A DNA stretch of 58,648 nt, counting the filler, from Sphacelaria rigidula (lineage: Eukaryota): NCBI GenBank assembly GCA_964200075.2. It is 9 parts of 9 records of this genome, joined end to end, with 100 filler letters (N's around TTAATTAATTAA, not from the genome) between each part and the next. Parts side by side here need not be neighbours in the genome. Positions count along the whole stretch, not along the records: positions 19,585 to 26,012 come from CAXNAA020020130.1; positions 26,113 to 32,540 come from CAXNAA020020131.1; positions 32,641 to 39,067 come from CAXNAA020020132.1; 6 more parts are not named here. One strand, given 5' to 3'. Below the pieces are notes generated by a model. It was not told the DNA's origin. It saw only the letters and a program-made list of their open reading frames with translations, and searched no databases. The position numbers were made by a program, and so were the translations under genes. Position 1 is the first letter of the stretch. The number at the start of each line of letters is the position of its first letter. Positions 25,510-36,763 of this stretch are shown one piece after another.

Positions 25510-25705
25510 ATACGCCGACTCGGACGGCAACCCTCTGGTGGCCGTCGATGGATCCACCAGCTTCCCGTCGGTTGCGGCATGTACGCTCACCGGTGTCGGG
25601 GGCGACGAGTCCATGTTCGTCTTTTTCAGCCTGGCGTGGTTTGACATAGGATCATGGGCGTGGGCGCACTACATCGCGGAGTGGGGCACCAAGGGTGTAT
25701 TTGCG
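25510..25705 (+). CDS. Internal exon of a probable Agd3-like (galactosaminogalactan deacetylase family) protein
   Basis: CCAG acceptor and GTATGG donor; peptide SVAACTLTGVGGDESMFVFFSLAWFDIGSWAWAHYIAEWGTKGVFA fits the recalled Agd3 pattern (E.M.FF.......H..I.W.T.G.F) just before the deacetylase domain. Confidence 0.6.
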
Positions 25706-25932
25706 GTATGGTTTTTTCGCCGGAGCTTTGGGTGTCGCGCGGGGTTATCTTACTCTCTTCTGGTTTGCTACCTCGAAGTACGCCTTTCATGTGCTGACTT
25801 CACGTTTCATGAAAAGGAAGAGACCCCCCCCCACCCTCCCCCCTTCTTACCTCCCTTTATGCTCTGATCTAGGAGCAGCGCTCGAAGGGCTCCAATACTC
25901 TCGCTCATAAATAAGACACTCGGAACATTGCA

Positions 25933-25970
<38 letters not shown>

Positions 25971-26012
25971 ACCCCCCCCCGCACACCACAACCCCCCCCC
26001 CCACACACACCC

Positions 26013-26112
26013 NNNNNNNNNNNNNNNNNNNNNNNNNNNNNNNNNNNNNNNNNNNNTTAATTAATTAANNNNNNNNNNNNNNNNNNNNNNNNNNNNNNNN
26101 NNNNNNNNNNNN
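26013..26112. other. Artificial assembly linker
   Basis: N44-TTAATTAATTAA-N44. Confidence 0.98.
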
Positions 26113-28884
26113 GAGGTTTCGAGATTGGCCGCTAAACAAAGATTTGTGCGCAAAAATCTGTGCTTGCCAACCCCCGCCAGTTTTGGGCCATAACATCCGG
26201 CCTAAGTACACGAACGCATCGCTAGAACGTATGAAGTATTAAGTATTTATCCCCTGCCCCCCATGAATCCCTACCCGGGGATGAAATTGTTCTATCCCTT
26301 GCCTAGACACCGTGGGAGTGTCATCCACCATTTTCGCTAGTTTCAAAGGCATTTACACACGAATGACGATGCCCCCACACACATACTATTCCCTGATGAC
26401 CCCTTTCTCCCCCCATATCCTTTCCGTGGAAAGAAAAAAAATCCATGCATCCCCCCCCTGGACCTTTTCAGCGTAAATTCGGTGTTTTCCTACGTTTGAG
26501 TCATTTGAGGCCAGACAACAGCGAGTCTGAACACGTGACGGGTACCATTAGAAAGCGTACAATCTACACTAACTAGGGGTACATTTCGTTTTTTGACGGG
26601 GTTACAGACATCCCGGGAAAGATATTGTTGCTTCCCCTACTTGAACACGCGCAGTTGTCATAGTGCACCGTCAGAGCCTGTTACATACAAAAACCGACCC
26701 CCCTGAACATGCTGGAGGTATCGCTTGAGCGCACTCACCCTATATCATTGCTTCAGGACTACTTAACCCTCCGCCCCTCCTCCTGCAGAGAAAATCGACG
26801 AACCCCCTCCCCAAACAATCTCAGCATGCAGGGGGGGGTGTTATCGGACGTCTGAGTCATTTGCGGCCGGACAACAATGAGTCTGAACACGGGGCCAGTA
26901 CCTACAGGAAGCCTACAACGTCTCCTAAGACCGATTTGTATGGCAGCCAATCCCGAATCTGGCGGGACCCCAATCTGTGCCAAATCGGGGGGACCCAGAA
27001 CGTAAATCTTAGTTTGGTGTGTTCCCCTGTATGGCTTCGCCGATTTGTTGAAATTCTTCTGTACACGAACGGTCATTTTCTGGACGGGTGTGGTATCACA
27101 GACAGTGAAGTCGAAGAAAAGGCCGGCAGGGAATCATCCTTCAAGGCCAGGGTCTTCCCGTGGTACCCTGCAGTACAGTCCACAGTCACAGTACACGATA
27201 ATGCCGTGTGGCAAAACATGATGGTACAGTCGGTATTGCGAGAACAGTGCACAGTGTGCGGCAAGAGTTCACGAGTGCAGAGTCATTCGTCACCCTGCAA
27301 GTACAGCGACAACAGAGCGTAGGATAGTGCAGTACCGTTCGTTATGGTGATACATACAGCAGTACAGAGCAGCATTAAACATTGCCATCGCCGCAGGGTA
27401 CGGTGTCAACACTTCTTATCCGCTTGTGAAACCCCGTGCGGAGCTGCTCCAGCAGCCGGCGCTCGCAGGCACGGTCTGTGCTGTCACGAGACTGTTTGCT
27501 GCTGTTGTTGCAAAAATATCAAACGCCTGTTGCCCTATTACCGTACGTCAATATACGTACGTCACTTCCTACAGATGCGGGGCACCTCTATTGTCCACGG
27601 ATCGGCGCTCAGGTTCGTGTAAAACAGTTCTCGAATCGTGACAAACGAATCTGAGCTTCCTCGATTCGTGCCAAATTGGGATCCATACAAGGCGTTTCCG
27701 GATCTGAGGTCCCCCGATCTGCGTACAGATCCTTTTTTGTGACCGCCGTCCAATATGGTCTAAGTAGTATCGCTTTTGTTTTCCCTATCAAGACTGCAGA
27801 CACCCGGGGAAGATATTGTCCCATCCCCTCCCTCCCTACGTACGCACTGGAATCATAATCTACCGTCAGGGCTTGTTGAATACGTACGGCGATGTTCCTG
27901 AGAGTGCGAGTGGTCACTGGAGCATATACATCCTACTTGCTGATCCGAAACCACTCTTTCCCCCCTCTTCGACCATGAGATGAGCATATCTCCCTCCTAA
28001 ACACCCCCACATGGGGGTGTAATTTGACATACTGGCCGTTTGCGGGCGGACTCCATAATGCTTGTGAACGCACGCAAGAGATATCATCCAAACATCGACA
28101 CTCTCACCGTGTACCCCTCGGATAGTCAGGAGCACTAGCGTTCGTTTGCGAGAGGACAAAACGGCGGATACCACCCCCGGGGACGGCTACTTTCCCATCC
28201 CTGGGAAGACGGTGGGCCCAATCTCCACAGAAGATATCAGCGCCTTGAAGATCTTTTCTACACAGTCATACGTGCCGTGCAGCAATTTTTCTACTGTTGA
28301 TGAAGTCTTGAAAGTACTGAAACTGCGGAAACAAAAGCGGGGCGACAAAAGGCCGCAGGTTATTGGAAATTGAAATGAATCGGTCGCGATCCGTCAGTCG
28401 ATGTGCTATAACCTTCACTTGACGCTTGCCATGACCGACGTCGCCTGATTCGGCCGAACGTTTTTTCTACCCTCCCCAATTCGATACGTGGGGTAGATTA
28501 TATTTCCAGGTTGATTTCTTTATATTTTGTCGTTCGTACCCCTGAATGTCAATGCGGATTTTTCAATAGTCATTATCCATTAAAGGAAGGATAGATATCG
28601 AAAAGCAGCACCTCCGGTTCGGCGTCTCCACCCAGTTTACTGTCGGATATATACATATTATTCTTCGATTTAAGTTAGGAGTGGGCGGGCGAAACTTTCG
28701 CCTGAAATAGCGGGGACATACCCCAGGCTGGGTCATGTGAATCTTCAGTAGTTGTTCAAGCCTAGCTGATGCCGAGTCACGATATGATCCACCCTGGCTG
28801 CATCAAAGAGTACACAGGTGTTCGATCGTGTTGTGTAGGTCTTTTAGGGTCTTTCTTTCTTCCTGTTTCGTTTCGGGGTTCACC

Positions 28885-29202
28885 GGCCGGCGGCGTAAAA
28901 TGGTTGAGCGTGTGGCCGTCGGCGGTACAGTAGTGATTTCCTGTGGTGAACGGATTTTGCTCGTTTGGTATAAAGGGTGGCACAAAAACTCGACTTCATG
29001 GTCGACGAGGGAAAGGGACTGCCGAAACCCCTCTCGCGACAAAAAAATAAGGCAAGCACCGCAGAAGGAAGGTGGAGTTCTAAAACAGGATTAAAAACAA
29101 AAAGCTCCTGTGCTGGCCTTCCTCCTGTGTGACCCCGGCTGAATCGCCCACGTATACCGAAATGTATTGACTGGCGTACGAAATGGATGGGATAACAACA
29201 CA
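28885..29202 (+). mobile_element. Second SINE-like copy
   Basis: tRNA-like start GGCCGGCGGCGTAAAATGGTTGAGCG; body shares AGGCAAGCACCGCAGAAGGAAGGTGG and flanking sequence with 13160-13390; short ACAACACA tail. Confidence 0.55.
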
Positions 29203-29637
29203 GGGTTCAACCATATGCCGACTGTTGGTCCCGAATGAAGCCGAGGGTGGATAACATAGTGATCTCGCGCGCATTATAGATGGGAGAGAAGTACGCGTGA
29301 TTCATGAAATCAGAGGATTCAACCATGTGCCGACTCTTCGTCCCGCGTGTACTCGACGGTGGGAAACACATATACGGGCGCTCACCTCGCACGAATCACA
29401 CATGGTAAAGATGCACATGCCATTCACGCCCTCATGAAATCAAGAGTGGGTGATATGTACAATCGATTCATTCAACATTTATCCCGTATGAACGCAAGGT
29501 AGGAAACAGGTACCTTTTGACGGATGTACTGCACGAGTCCCGAGCTCAAATCCTGTGTAAATTACAAATGATGTACGAACCGTATGATCTATTCGTTGGA
29601 ATGAACATGAGCTGAATCAAGATTTTATTTGTCCTGA

Positions 29638-30111
29638 GGCCGCTCCTTATAACAAACAAGAATAAACATCTGGAAAAGTGCCTTTTTTGAGCTTCCACGT
29701 CATTTTACGCCCCAAAAGAGAGCTAGGCGGAGTTCGACAATTTGAAATGACTTGCTCTACTTGTTGAGGCGGTTCCAGGACATCTTCCCGTTTTCCGGTG
29801 GCCGCAATTTTCGTATTGGCCAATGAAGAATTTTTGTCCAAGACCGGTAAAAAAAGGTGAAGTTCAGAGAAAAGTGGCGATTTTTTCTAGATTTGACTGT
29901 TTCTTACCGTTCTTGGAATTCTTCTTTGGCAAAAACAAAAACCGCGGCCACCGGAAAATGGGAAGATATCCTGGAACCGCCTTAACCGCTAAAGCAAGTT
30001 ATTCCCAGGTGTCAAATTCCCCCTAGCTCTCTTTTGGGGCGTAAAACGACGTAAAAGCTCCAAAAAGGCACTCCTCCAGATTTTTATTTTTGTCTGCTAT
30101 ATGGAGCGACC
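29638..30111. mobile_element. Fold-back MITE (474 bp, almost entirely palindromic), PIF/Harbinger-like
   Basis: GGCCGCTCC...GGAGCGACC ends; arms pair nearly to the centre (~29875); flanks TGA / TAA. Confidence 0.8.
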
Positions 30112-30868
30112 TAACCGTGTAATATTACCACCGTTAATATTGGTCTCCTGTCATTCAACGGGTCTTTTACGGGTCTATCGAAGTGTAGGTATCTCTGTTT
30201 TCGTGTAGATGTTTGGTTTTCCCGCCTTCCTCTGTTGGCCGTTTGATTCACGGATATGGATGGTATGCTCCTTGCACTCTGTGACCACGGGTTCGAGAGA
30301 GGGAGCTGATGTGACGGAAGTAACCATGATAATTGAATCTTCCACGGTAACCCGTGCTTTTTTTTTTTTTGGCGGGGGGGGGAGATTGTACCCCAAATAT
30401 ATGTAATTAACCCGCTAGATGGACATGCTGTACGTTTGTCAAACCCGTGTAACTGAAGTTGGTTGCCGTGTTGAGAGTTTGTTACGGGACTCGGGAGCAA
30501 GAAGGTACAGCGTGTTGTTGAGAAACTGCTACAAGTTGGCCTGATGAGAGAAAGATCGAACGGATCTGATTGATGGCAGAAAAACAGTGGAGCGGCCGAG
30601 TCTTGCAGTTGAGACCATGGAAATCACAGCTGCAGCTACTACGATGTCGCTACTTGCCGAGGTCTTTGTGTGAATTCCTTAGTGGTTCCCGATCAACTAT
30701 TACTGCCGATCTTCTTCTGCTTCTTATAATTATTATTTCCGCACATTGGCCCCATCTTTCGAACCCTTGGTCAGAGACGTGGACTTGCCTTTCCAGTACC
30801 GTCAATGCTGTTCCGTACTTCAAGACGACCGATGTGTACCGCATTTCTACAAGGTCACGAGAGGGGGG

Positions 30869-30920
30869 TGTACTCATGATCATGCATGTTTTAGTCATAA
30901 GACCATTGACCTCGCATCCC
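30869..30920 (-). mobile_element. Short LINE 3'-end fragment next to a G-run
   Basis: Reverse complement GGGATGCGAGGTCAATGGTCTTATGACT...ATGAGTACACCCCCC. Confidence 0.65.
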
Positions 30921-31409
30921 TACAAAGCCTGGAAGGAGCACGCCGGGTTTTCGCCGGACCAGGCTCGCACTCGATCAGCCAGCGCGAAGCACCGTGGTGT
31001 GTTCGACAGGTCACAAGACGGGGCGAGGGGGAGGGGGCGTGCGTAGTTCGTGGTGATTTCACAAGCCCAACGGGACTTCAGCAGTAGCCAGCGCCTGAGA
31101 GACTTACCGGCAGCCGGAAGCTAGGCGCTGGGCTCTTACCCGCAATTACACCTAGTATATTCTTGGAACAGGGGGGGAAGGAGGGGGGGGGTTGATACTG
31201 AGATATGTTCAGCCATTGTTTGGTATACGGGAAATGATGATCTACCGCTTTTTATTTGGTGCCGGTGTGTGTCTGTGCAACGGTATGTGTTCGATTATTG
31301 CCCGGACCCTTGATTTTCACTCTGTATCGGCGGACATGGACATGGACACAAACTCTCGGTGCTCGTTTGCCTGTTTGCTTGTTTACGTGCGTTGCTTCGT
31401 CTTGAAAAG

Positions 31410-31502
31410 CCGTTTTCGCCGGAGGAGCACTCGGCGTTCCTCGATGCGATGGAGAGGTATGGGCAGGAGAGCACGGGAAATGAGTGGGAAAAGATTGCAC
31501 AG
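31410..31502 (+). CDS. Exon encoding the first half of a Myb/SANT domain
   Basis: PFSPEEHSAFLDAMERYG...WEKIAQ fits (W/F)T.EEH..FL.A...YG...W.KIA; AAG acceptor, GTGAAT donor. Confidence 0.75.
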
Positions 31503-31769
31503 GTGAATGCATGTCCAAGCCAAGCTATCAAGCACCTCAAGTGTGGCACACACCCAAGTCGTCGGGCGTACCTTGTCGCAGCGTGCTCCTGGCCTATTCG
31601 CGTCTTCCTTTCTTGGGCATGCTTTTGGCCCTGAGATTCCCGCCCCTCCTCCCCCCCCCCACGCTTTGAGGGTTTGCGTCTGTTGTCAACGACGCTGTTT
31701 TACGCGCCACTCACTGCTTAGCCTAGTCTTTCGTTGGCGTCGAGTGGCAACGGCGCTGTATAACAGGCC

Positions 31770-32460
31770 ATCATAACCTAGACATGAAATGTACAGACAG
31801 AGCTAACCATGCCTTGTTTTTAACCTACCATAACACAGCCCGGACATGGGCATGTACGGAGCTAACCATCTTTTTTATTTGACCTACCGTAGCACAGCCC
31901 GGACATGGACATGGAATAACGAACATCACCATCCTTTTTCTTCAACCTACTACCATAACACAGCCCGGACATAGACATGAAATGAGGAAGCCAACCACTA
32001 CTTTTTCGTTAACCTACCATGACACAGCTAGGACATGGAGATGGAATAGCGAAGCTAACAACTTTCCTCCTCGAACCTACCATAACGCAGCCCGGACATG
32101 AAGATGAAGTGACGAGGCTCGTCACTTCTTTCTTCAATCTACCATAACATCGCTCAGACATGGATATGGAGTAATGGAGCTAGCCATCCTTTTCCTTTGA
32201 CCTACCATAACACAGCCTGGAGATGGACATGAAACACAGAAGCTAACCACTTTTTTCTTCAACTTACCATATAACACATCCCGGGCATAGACGTGGAATA
32301 AATAAGCTAACCATCCTTTTCTTTTACCCTCCATAACGCAGTCCGGACAAAGACATGGAATGACCAAGTCAACCGCTCGTTTTTCAACTTACCATAACAC
32401 AGCCCGGACATGGACATGAAAAACGAAGCCAACCGTAATTTTTGCGTTCACCTGAACACA
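31770..32460. repeat. Minisatellite, ~62-bp unit, ~10-11 copies
   Basis: Core AACCTACCATAACACAGCCCGGACATGGACATG recurs every ~59-65 bp. Confidence 0.9.
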
Positions 32461-32466
32461 TACCGG

Positions 32467-32520
<54 letters not shown>

Positions 32521-32540
32521 GTTATTATTATTATTATTAT
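32467..32540. repeat. (ATT)n microsatellite at the contig end
   Basis: Direct observation. Confidence 0.95.
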
Positions 32541-32640
32541 NNNNNNNNNNNNNNNNNNNNNNNNNNNNNNNNNNNNNNNNNNNNTTAATTAATTAANNNN
32601 NNNNNNNNNNNNNNNNNNNNNNNNNNNNNNNNNNNNNNNN
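32541..32640. other. Artificial assembly linker
   Basis: N44-TTAATTAATTAA-N44. Confidence 0.98.
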
Positions 32641-33644
32641 GTGGGGAAAGCCCTGTTTTAGGCTTGAACTTCATCTCGGAGTTAAACCTCAATTCGCACA
32701 ATTTGTTCGTAAATATTTCGCACAATCCTCTTCCAGCTGAGGCTGGCAAGAGTGAGGAACTGCACCCCAAGTCGACGTCGTGTACCCGCCAAGCATTTGA
32801 ATTTCACGCAACACAACCAGGCGAATGCTGATACCATGGCGGCGTCAGAGAGGTCCTCTGATTGCGATGCCGAGCGTTGTTACTTCGTGAATGGTCCAAT
32901 GCGATGAGCATGGCACTTATGATCGATGTCCCACTTTGCTTGTTAGGGTATATTGATTGTGTGCTGGCTGTGGCCGTGGTGGCGAAGCTGGGGGTGGCTG
33001 CCTTTCGTTCCGCTATGAAATTTGAAGAGACACGTCGGTTTTCAGAGTGGAGAGTTCCAAATGAGACTCACTCTCGAAACTTCGCTGTGAAAAACTTTTG
33101 ATAGTGGTACGTGCGCCGTAACTGGCTATTTTTTGCTTTCACTCTGACTCTAAGATGCGAAGAAACATTTTTCGGAACTCTCCATTGTCGTCGTAGGTTA
33201 AGATAATCGTGTGAGCACAAACACACATACATGCGACCTGAGCCCGACAATTGTAAGGAAAACTGTGAGGACCTTCAGAGTCAAGCACTGATGTCATTGT
33301 ACACTCGCCCCGCCGTGATGCAGTCACGGTAGCAGCTCTCGGCTTCTCACAAGACATGAGGCCGGTTCCCCTCTGCTTCTTGAAGCGCGTTTAGGTTGTG
33401 AGATAAACGCATCACGAACCTGTTTGTCACCAAGAACCTGTGATAGTGGTCCCTTCACTTTTCCTTTTGACACGAATTTTCGTCGCATTTGCTTGTTAAA
33501 TACTCCAGACGTTTGCTGCACGGGTCAGCTGATACATGCGCTCGGGTGTGTGGCGGTGTGGATTGTAGCAGCATCGAGGCTCCCACGCCCTATGTCGTGC
33601 TCTTAGTACAGTCGTGGAGAGATGCCTACTCTATGTTCCCGCAG

Positions 33645-36003
33645 GGATTTTCCGACAAGGGCACAGTGTGGCGGGTAGCTAGAAGGTGGATTTTTACTCC
33701 ACACACGCGCGGGCTGTCATGGTCCATGTGAAAAACAAGAGGTGCGGTGAGGAGGGCTGCTCCACAAGGCCGTCATTCTGTGTAGCGGGTAGAGGGAAGG
33801 CGGAGTTTTGTCCCACGCACGCTCGGGCTGGCATGGTCACTGCGAGAAACAAGAGGTGCAGCGAGGAGGTCTGCTTCACATGGCCGTCATTCGGTGTGGC
33901 GGGTATCGGAAAGGCGGAGTTCTGCGCCACACACGCGCGGGCTGGCATGGTTCATGTGAAGAACAAAAGGTACGGCAAGGATGGCTGCTCCACGAAGCCG
34001 TCATTCGGTGTAGTGGATAGTGGAAAGGCGGAGCTCTGCGTCAAATACGCTCGGGCTGGCATGGTCAATGTGAAACGCAAGAGGAGCGGCGGAGAAAGCT
34101 GCTCCACGAGGTCGTCGTTTGGTGTGGCGGGTAGCGGAAGGGCGGAGGTCTGCGCCACACAAGCTCGGGCTGGCATGGTTAGTCTGAAAAACAGGAGGTG
34201 CAGCGAGGCGGGTTGCTTCACATGCCCGTCAGTCGGTGTAGCGGGTAGCGGGAAGGCGGAGTTCTGCGCTACGCACGCTCGGGCTGGCATGGTCAGTGTG
34301 AACAGCAAGAAGTGCAGCGAGGAGGGCTGCTCCACAAGGCCGTCATTCGGTGTAGCGAGTAGTGGAAAGGCGGAGCTCTGCGCCAAACACGCTCGGGCTG
34401 GCATGGTCGATGTGAAACACAATAGGTGCGGCGAGGATGGCTGTTCCACAAGGCCATCAGTCGGTGTAGCGGGTAGCGGGAAGGCGGAGTTCTGCGCTAC
34501 GCACGCTCGGGCTGGCATGGTCAATGTGAAAAGCAAGAAGTGCAGCAAGGAGGCTGCTCCACATGCCCGTCATTCGGTGTAGCGGGTAGCGGGAAGGCGG
34601 AGTTCTGCGCCTAACACGCTCGGGCTGGCATGGTCGATGTGAAACACAATAGGTGCGGCGAGGAGGGCTGTTCCACAAGGCCGTCATTCGGTGTAGCGGG
34701 TAGCGGGAAGGCGGAGTTCTGCGCCAAACACGCTCGGGCTGGCATGATCAGTGTGAACAGCAAGAGATGCGGCGAGGAGGGCTGCTTCACGTGGCCGTCA
34801 GTCGGTGTAGCGGGTAGCGGGAAGGCGGAGTTCTGCGCCACACACGTGCGGGCTGGCATGGTCAATGTAAAAAGCAAGAGATGCGGCGAGGAGGGCTGCT
34901 TCACGTGGCCGTCATTCGGTGTAGCGGATAGCGGGAAGGCGGAGGTCTGCGCCACGCATTTTCGGGCTGACATGGTCTACATGAACAGCAAGAGGTGCGA
35001 TGAGGTTGGCTGCTCCACATGCCCGTCATTCGGTGTAGCGGATAGCGAGAAGGCGGAGTTTTGCGCCAAACACGCTCGGGCTGGCATGGTCGATGTGAAA
35101 CACAACAGGTGGGGCGGAGAGGGCTGCTTCACTAGGCCGTCATACGGTGTGGCCGGTAGCAGGAAGGGGGAGTTCTGCGCCACGCATGCTCGGGCTGGCA
35201 TGGTCTACGTGAGCAGCAAGAGGTGCGATGGGGTTGGCTGCTCCACAATTCCGTCATTCGGTGTAGCAGGTAGCGGGAAATCGAAGTTCTGCATCACGCA
35301 CGCTCGGGCTGGCATGGTCGATGTGAAAAACAAGAGGTGCGGCGAAAAGGGCTGCTCCACGAGGCCATCATTCGGTGTAGCTGGTAGCGGGGAGGCGGAG
35401 TTCTGCGCCAAACACGCTCGGGTTGGCATGGTGGAGGCAAGAACAACCACGCACGGAAGGGGGGGTAGTAGAAAGCCCAGTCATTCGTCGGGTGCCGGTC
35501 GCAACGCAAGCAACGGTGGTCGCAGGGTTGAGATCCGCCGTAGCTCGTGCGCCAGTCGTACTAGGCGAGGCGGTATAGACTCGACGACCTCGCCGCCGGC
35601 CGCCTCGAGACAGCCCGCCAGCGCTATGGCAGCAGATGGGACTTCGCGGGATAGGGTAGCGAGGCGCATGAAAGTGGAAATGGAGATGACTCTCCCCGCC
35701 GCGCGTGTTTCTGAAGGGATAACGAGCAGCGAGCTAGCTGCTGCACGATCGAGCCTTAGTTGTAGCGTGGCCAACGGCAACTCTATCAGCATCGAAGACC
35801 CGAGCTGCGGTAGCAGCATCGCCAGTGGGAGGAGAAGCGTCAAGCGGCTACGTGGAGTAGCGCCGGTGGAAGTGGCATTTGGTGTGGCAACGGCGGCTCA
35901 TGTGAGGTCTGTAGAGGAGGGCGACGATGTGAAGTTTGAGTTAGGGGTGTCTGCGCCTTCTGGCCACGTTTCCGCGGTGATATCCAGCGGGCGAAAGAAG
36001 TAG
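33645..36003 (+). pseudogene. EsV-1-7 cysteine-rich repeat protein gene, disrupted (ORFs 33686-34582 and 34630-36003)
   Basis: 15 repeats of KRCxxxGCxTxPSFGVAGSGKAEFCAxHARAGMVxVxx (C-x4-C-x16-C-x2-H); 1-nt deletion at ~34552, in-frame TAA at 34612-34614, lost Cys/His in units 3, 4 and 13; possible CAG acceptor at 33642-33644. Confidence 0.88.
33737..35445 (+). repeat. Coding tandem array, 15 x 114 bp (EsV-1-7 repeats)
   Basis: GCTCGGGCTGGCATGGTC and CCGTCATTCGGTGTAGCGGG recur with a 114-bp period. Confidence 0.95.
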
Positions 36004-36424
36004 CTTTATGAGTCCATCTGTACATGTGGGTATTGCCAGCTGACGTTGGCGTGGTGCTGTTAGGCGACGATTTGCCGTATTTGTGCGGGTTTATACGACT
36101 ACGATACATCAAGTTTTGGGTTAGTATGGGCTGTGTGGTGCTGCTCCGTTGGGTGATGAGTGGGGAAGACGAGGACGACGAATAATCGCTCACGCATCGT
36201 TGTGTAGCGGGATATTTTGATGTGCCTGGCAGCAAGACGACGAGCGGAGTGACATTGAATATGTCTAGCGCTGGATAACGTCGACGTGGACAACACAATG
36301 TTTTCATGAAATTGAGAGTTACAGATGAGATTGAGAGTCAACAGTTTATTCGAAAGACGATCACATGCACATATCAAACTGTTTCACGACACGTTGACGT
36401 ATAGCATAATAAGAGGCTAGTTAA

Positions 36425-36526
36425 CCCTTAGACCGCGAGGGTAGGTCACCTGCTGAATCGACATCAATTTTCACTTGAAAAAAGTATGCGTGATCCAGAT
36501 GGACTACTTGCACTGCGGGCAAAGGG
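36425..36526. mobile_element. 102-bp piggyBac-like miniature element
   Basis: TTAA-CCCTTAGACCGC...GCGGGCAAAGGG-TTAA; TTAA at 36421-36424 and 36527-36530. Confidence 0.65.
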
Positions 36527-36579
36527 TTAACCGTCGTTAGGCTTCGTTTTATAATGGCAGGCACAATTTTACAAGTATC

Positions 36580-36763
36580 GCTACCCCTAATCCCAACCCA
36601 AGGCATACCGAGAACCCTCGCGTGCACAGAACGCATTTTTTGTTGAAATCGGCGCAACAGGCGCCGATTTGGGGTCTACCAAGGCTGCACTTCGTCTAGG
36701 GAATGTATGTTCCGCCCTTGCCCGAGGGTTCTTGGTATGCGTTGGGTTGGGGTTAGGGGTAGC
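36580..36763. repeat. Inverted repeat with ~41-bp arms (MITE-like; no TSD seen)
   Basis: GCTACCCCTAATCCCAACCCAAGGCATACCGAGAACCCTCG (36580-36620) pairs with 36723-36763. Confidence 0.75.

Noticed and set aside
27073..31110. Possible minus-strand multi-exon gene (splice-like signals near 27170, 28190-28260, 28800 and 31105)
   Set aside because: Could not assemble a phase-consistent, recognisable protein
31770..32460. CRISPR-like array (conserved core plus variable part, ~62-bp period)
   Set aside because: The variable parts are homologous to each other, there are no cas genes, and the context is a eukaryotic intron
33043..33186. Small hAT-like MITE (TGGAGAGTTCC...GGAACTCTCCA)
   Set aside because: Only an 11-14-bp inverted match and no TSD found
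33694..35450. Long antisense ORFs over the EsV-1-7 array
   Set aside because: Shadow frames of the repetitive sense ORF
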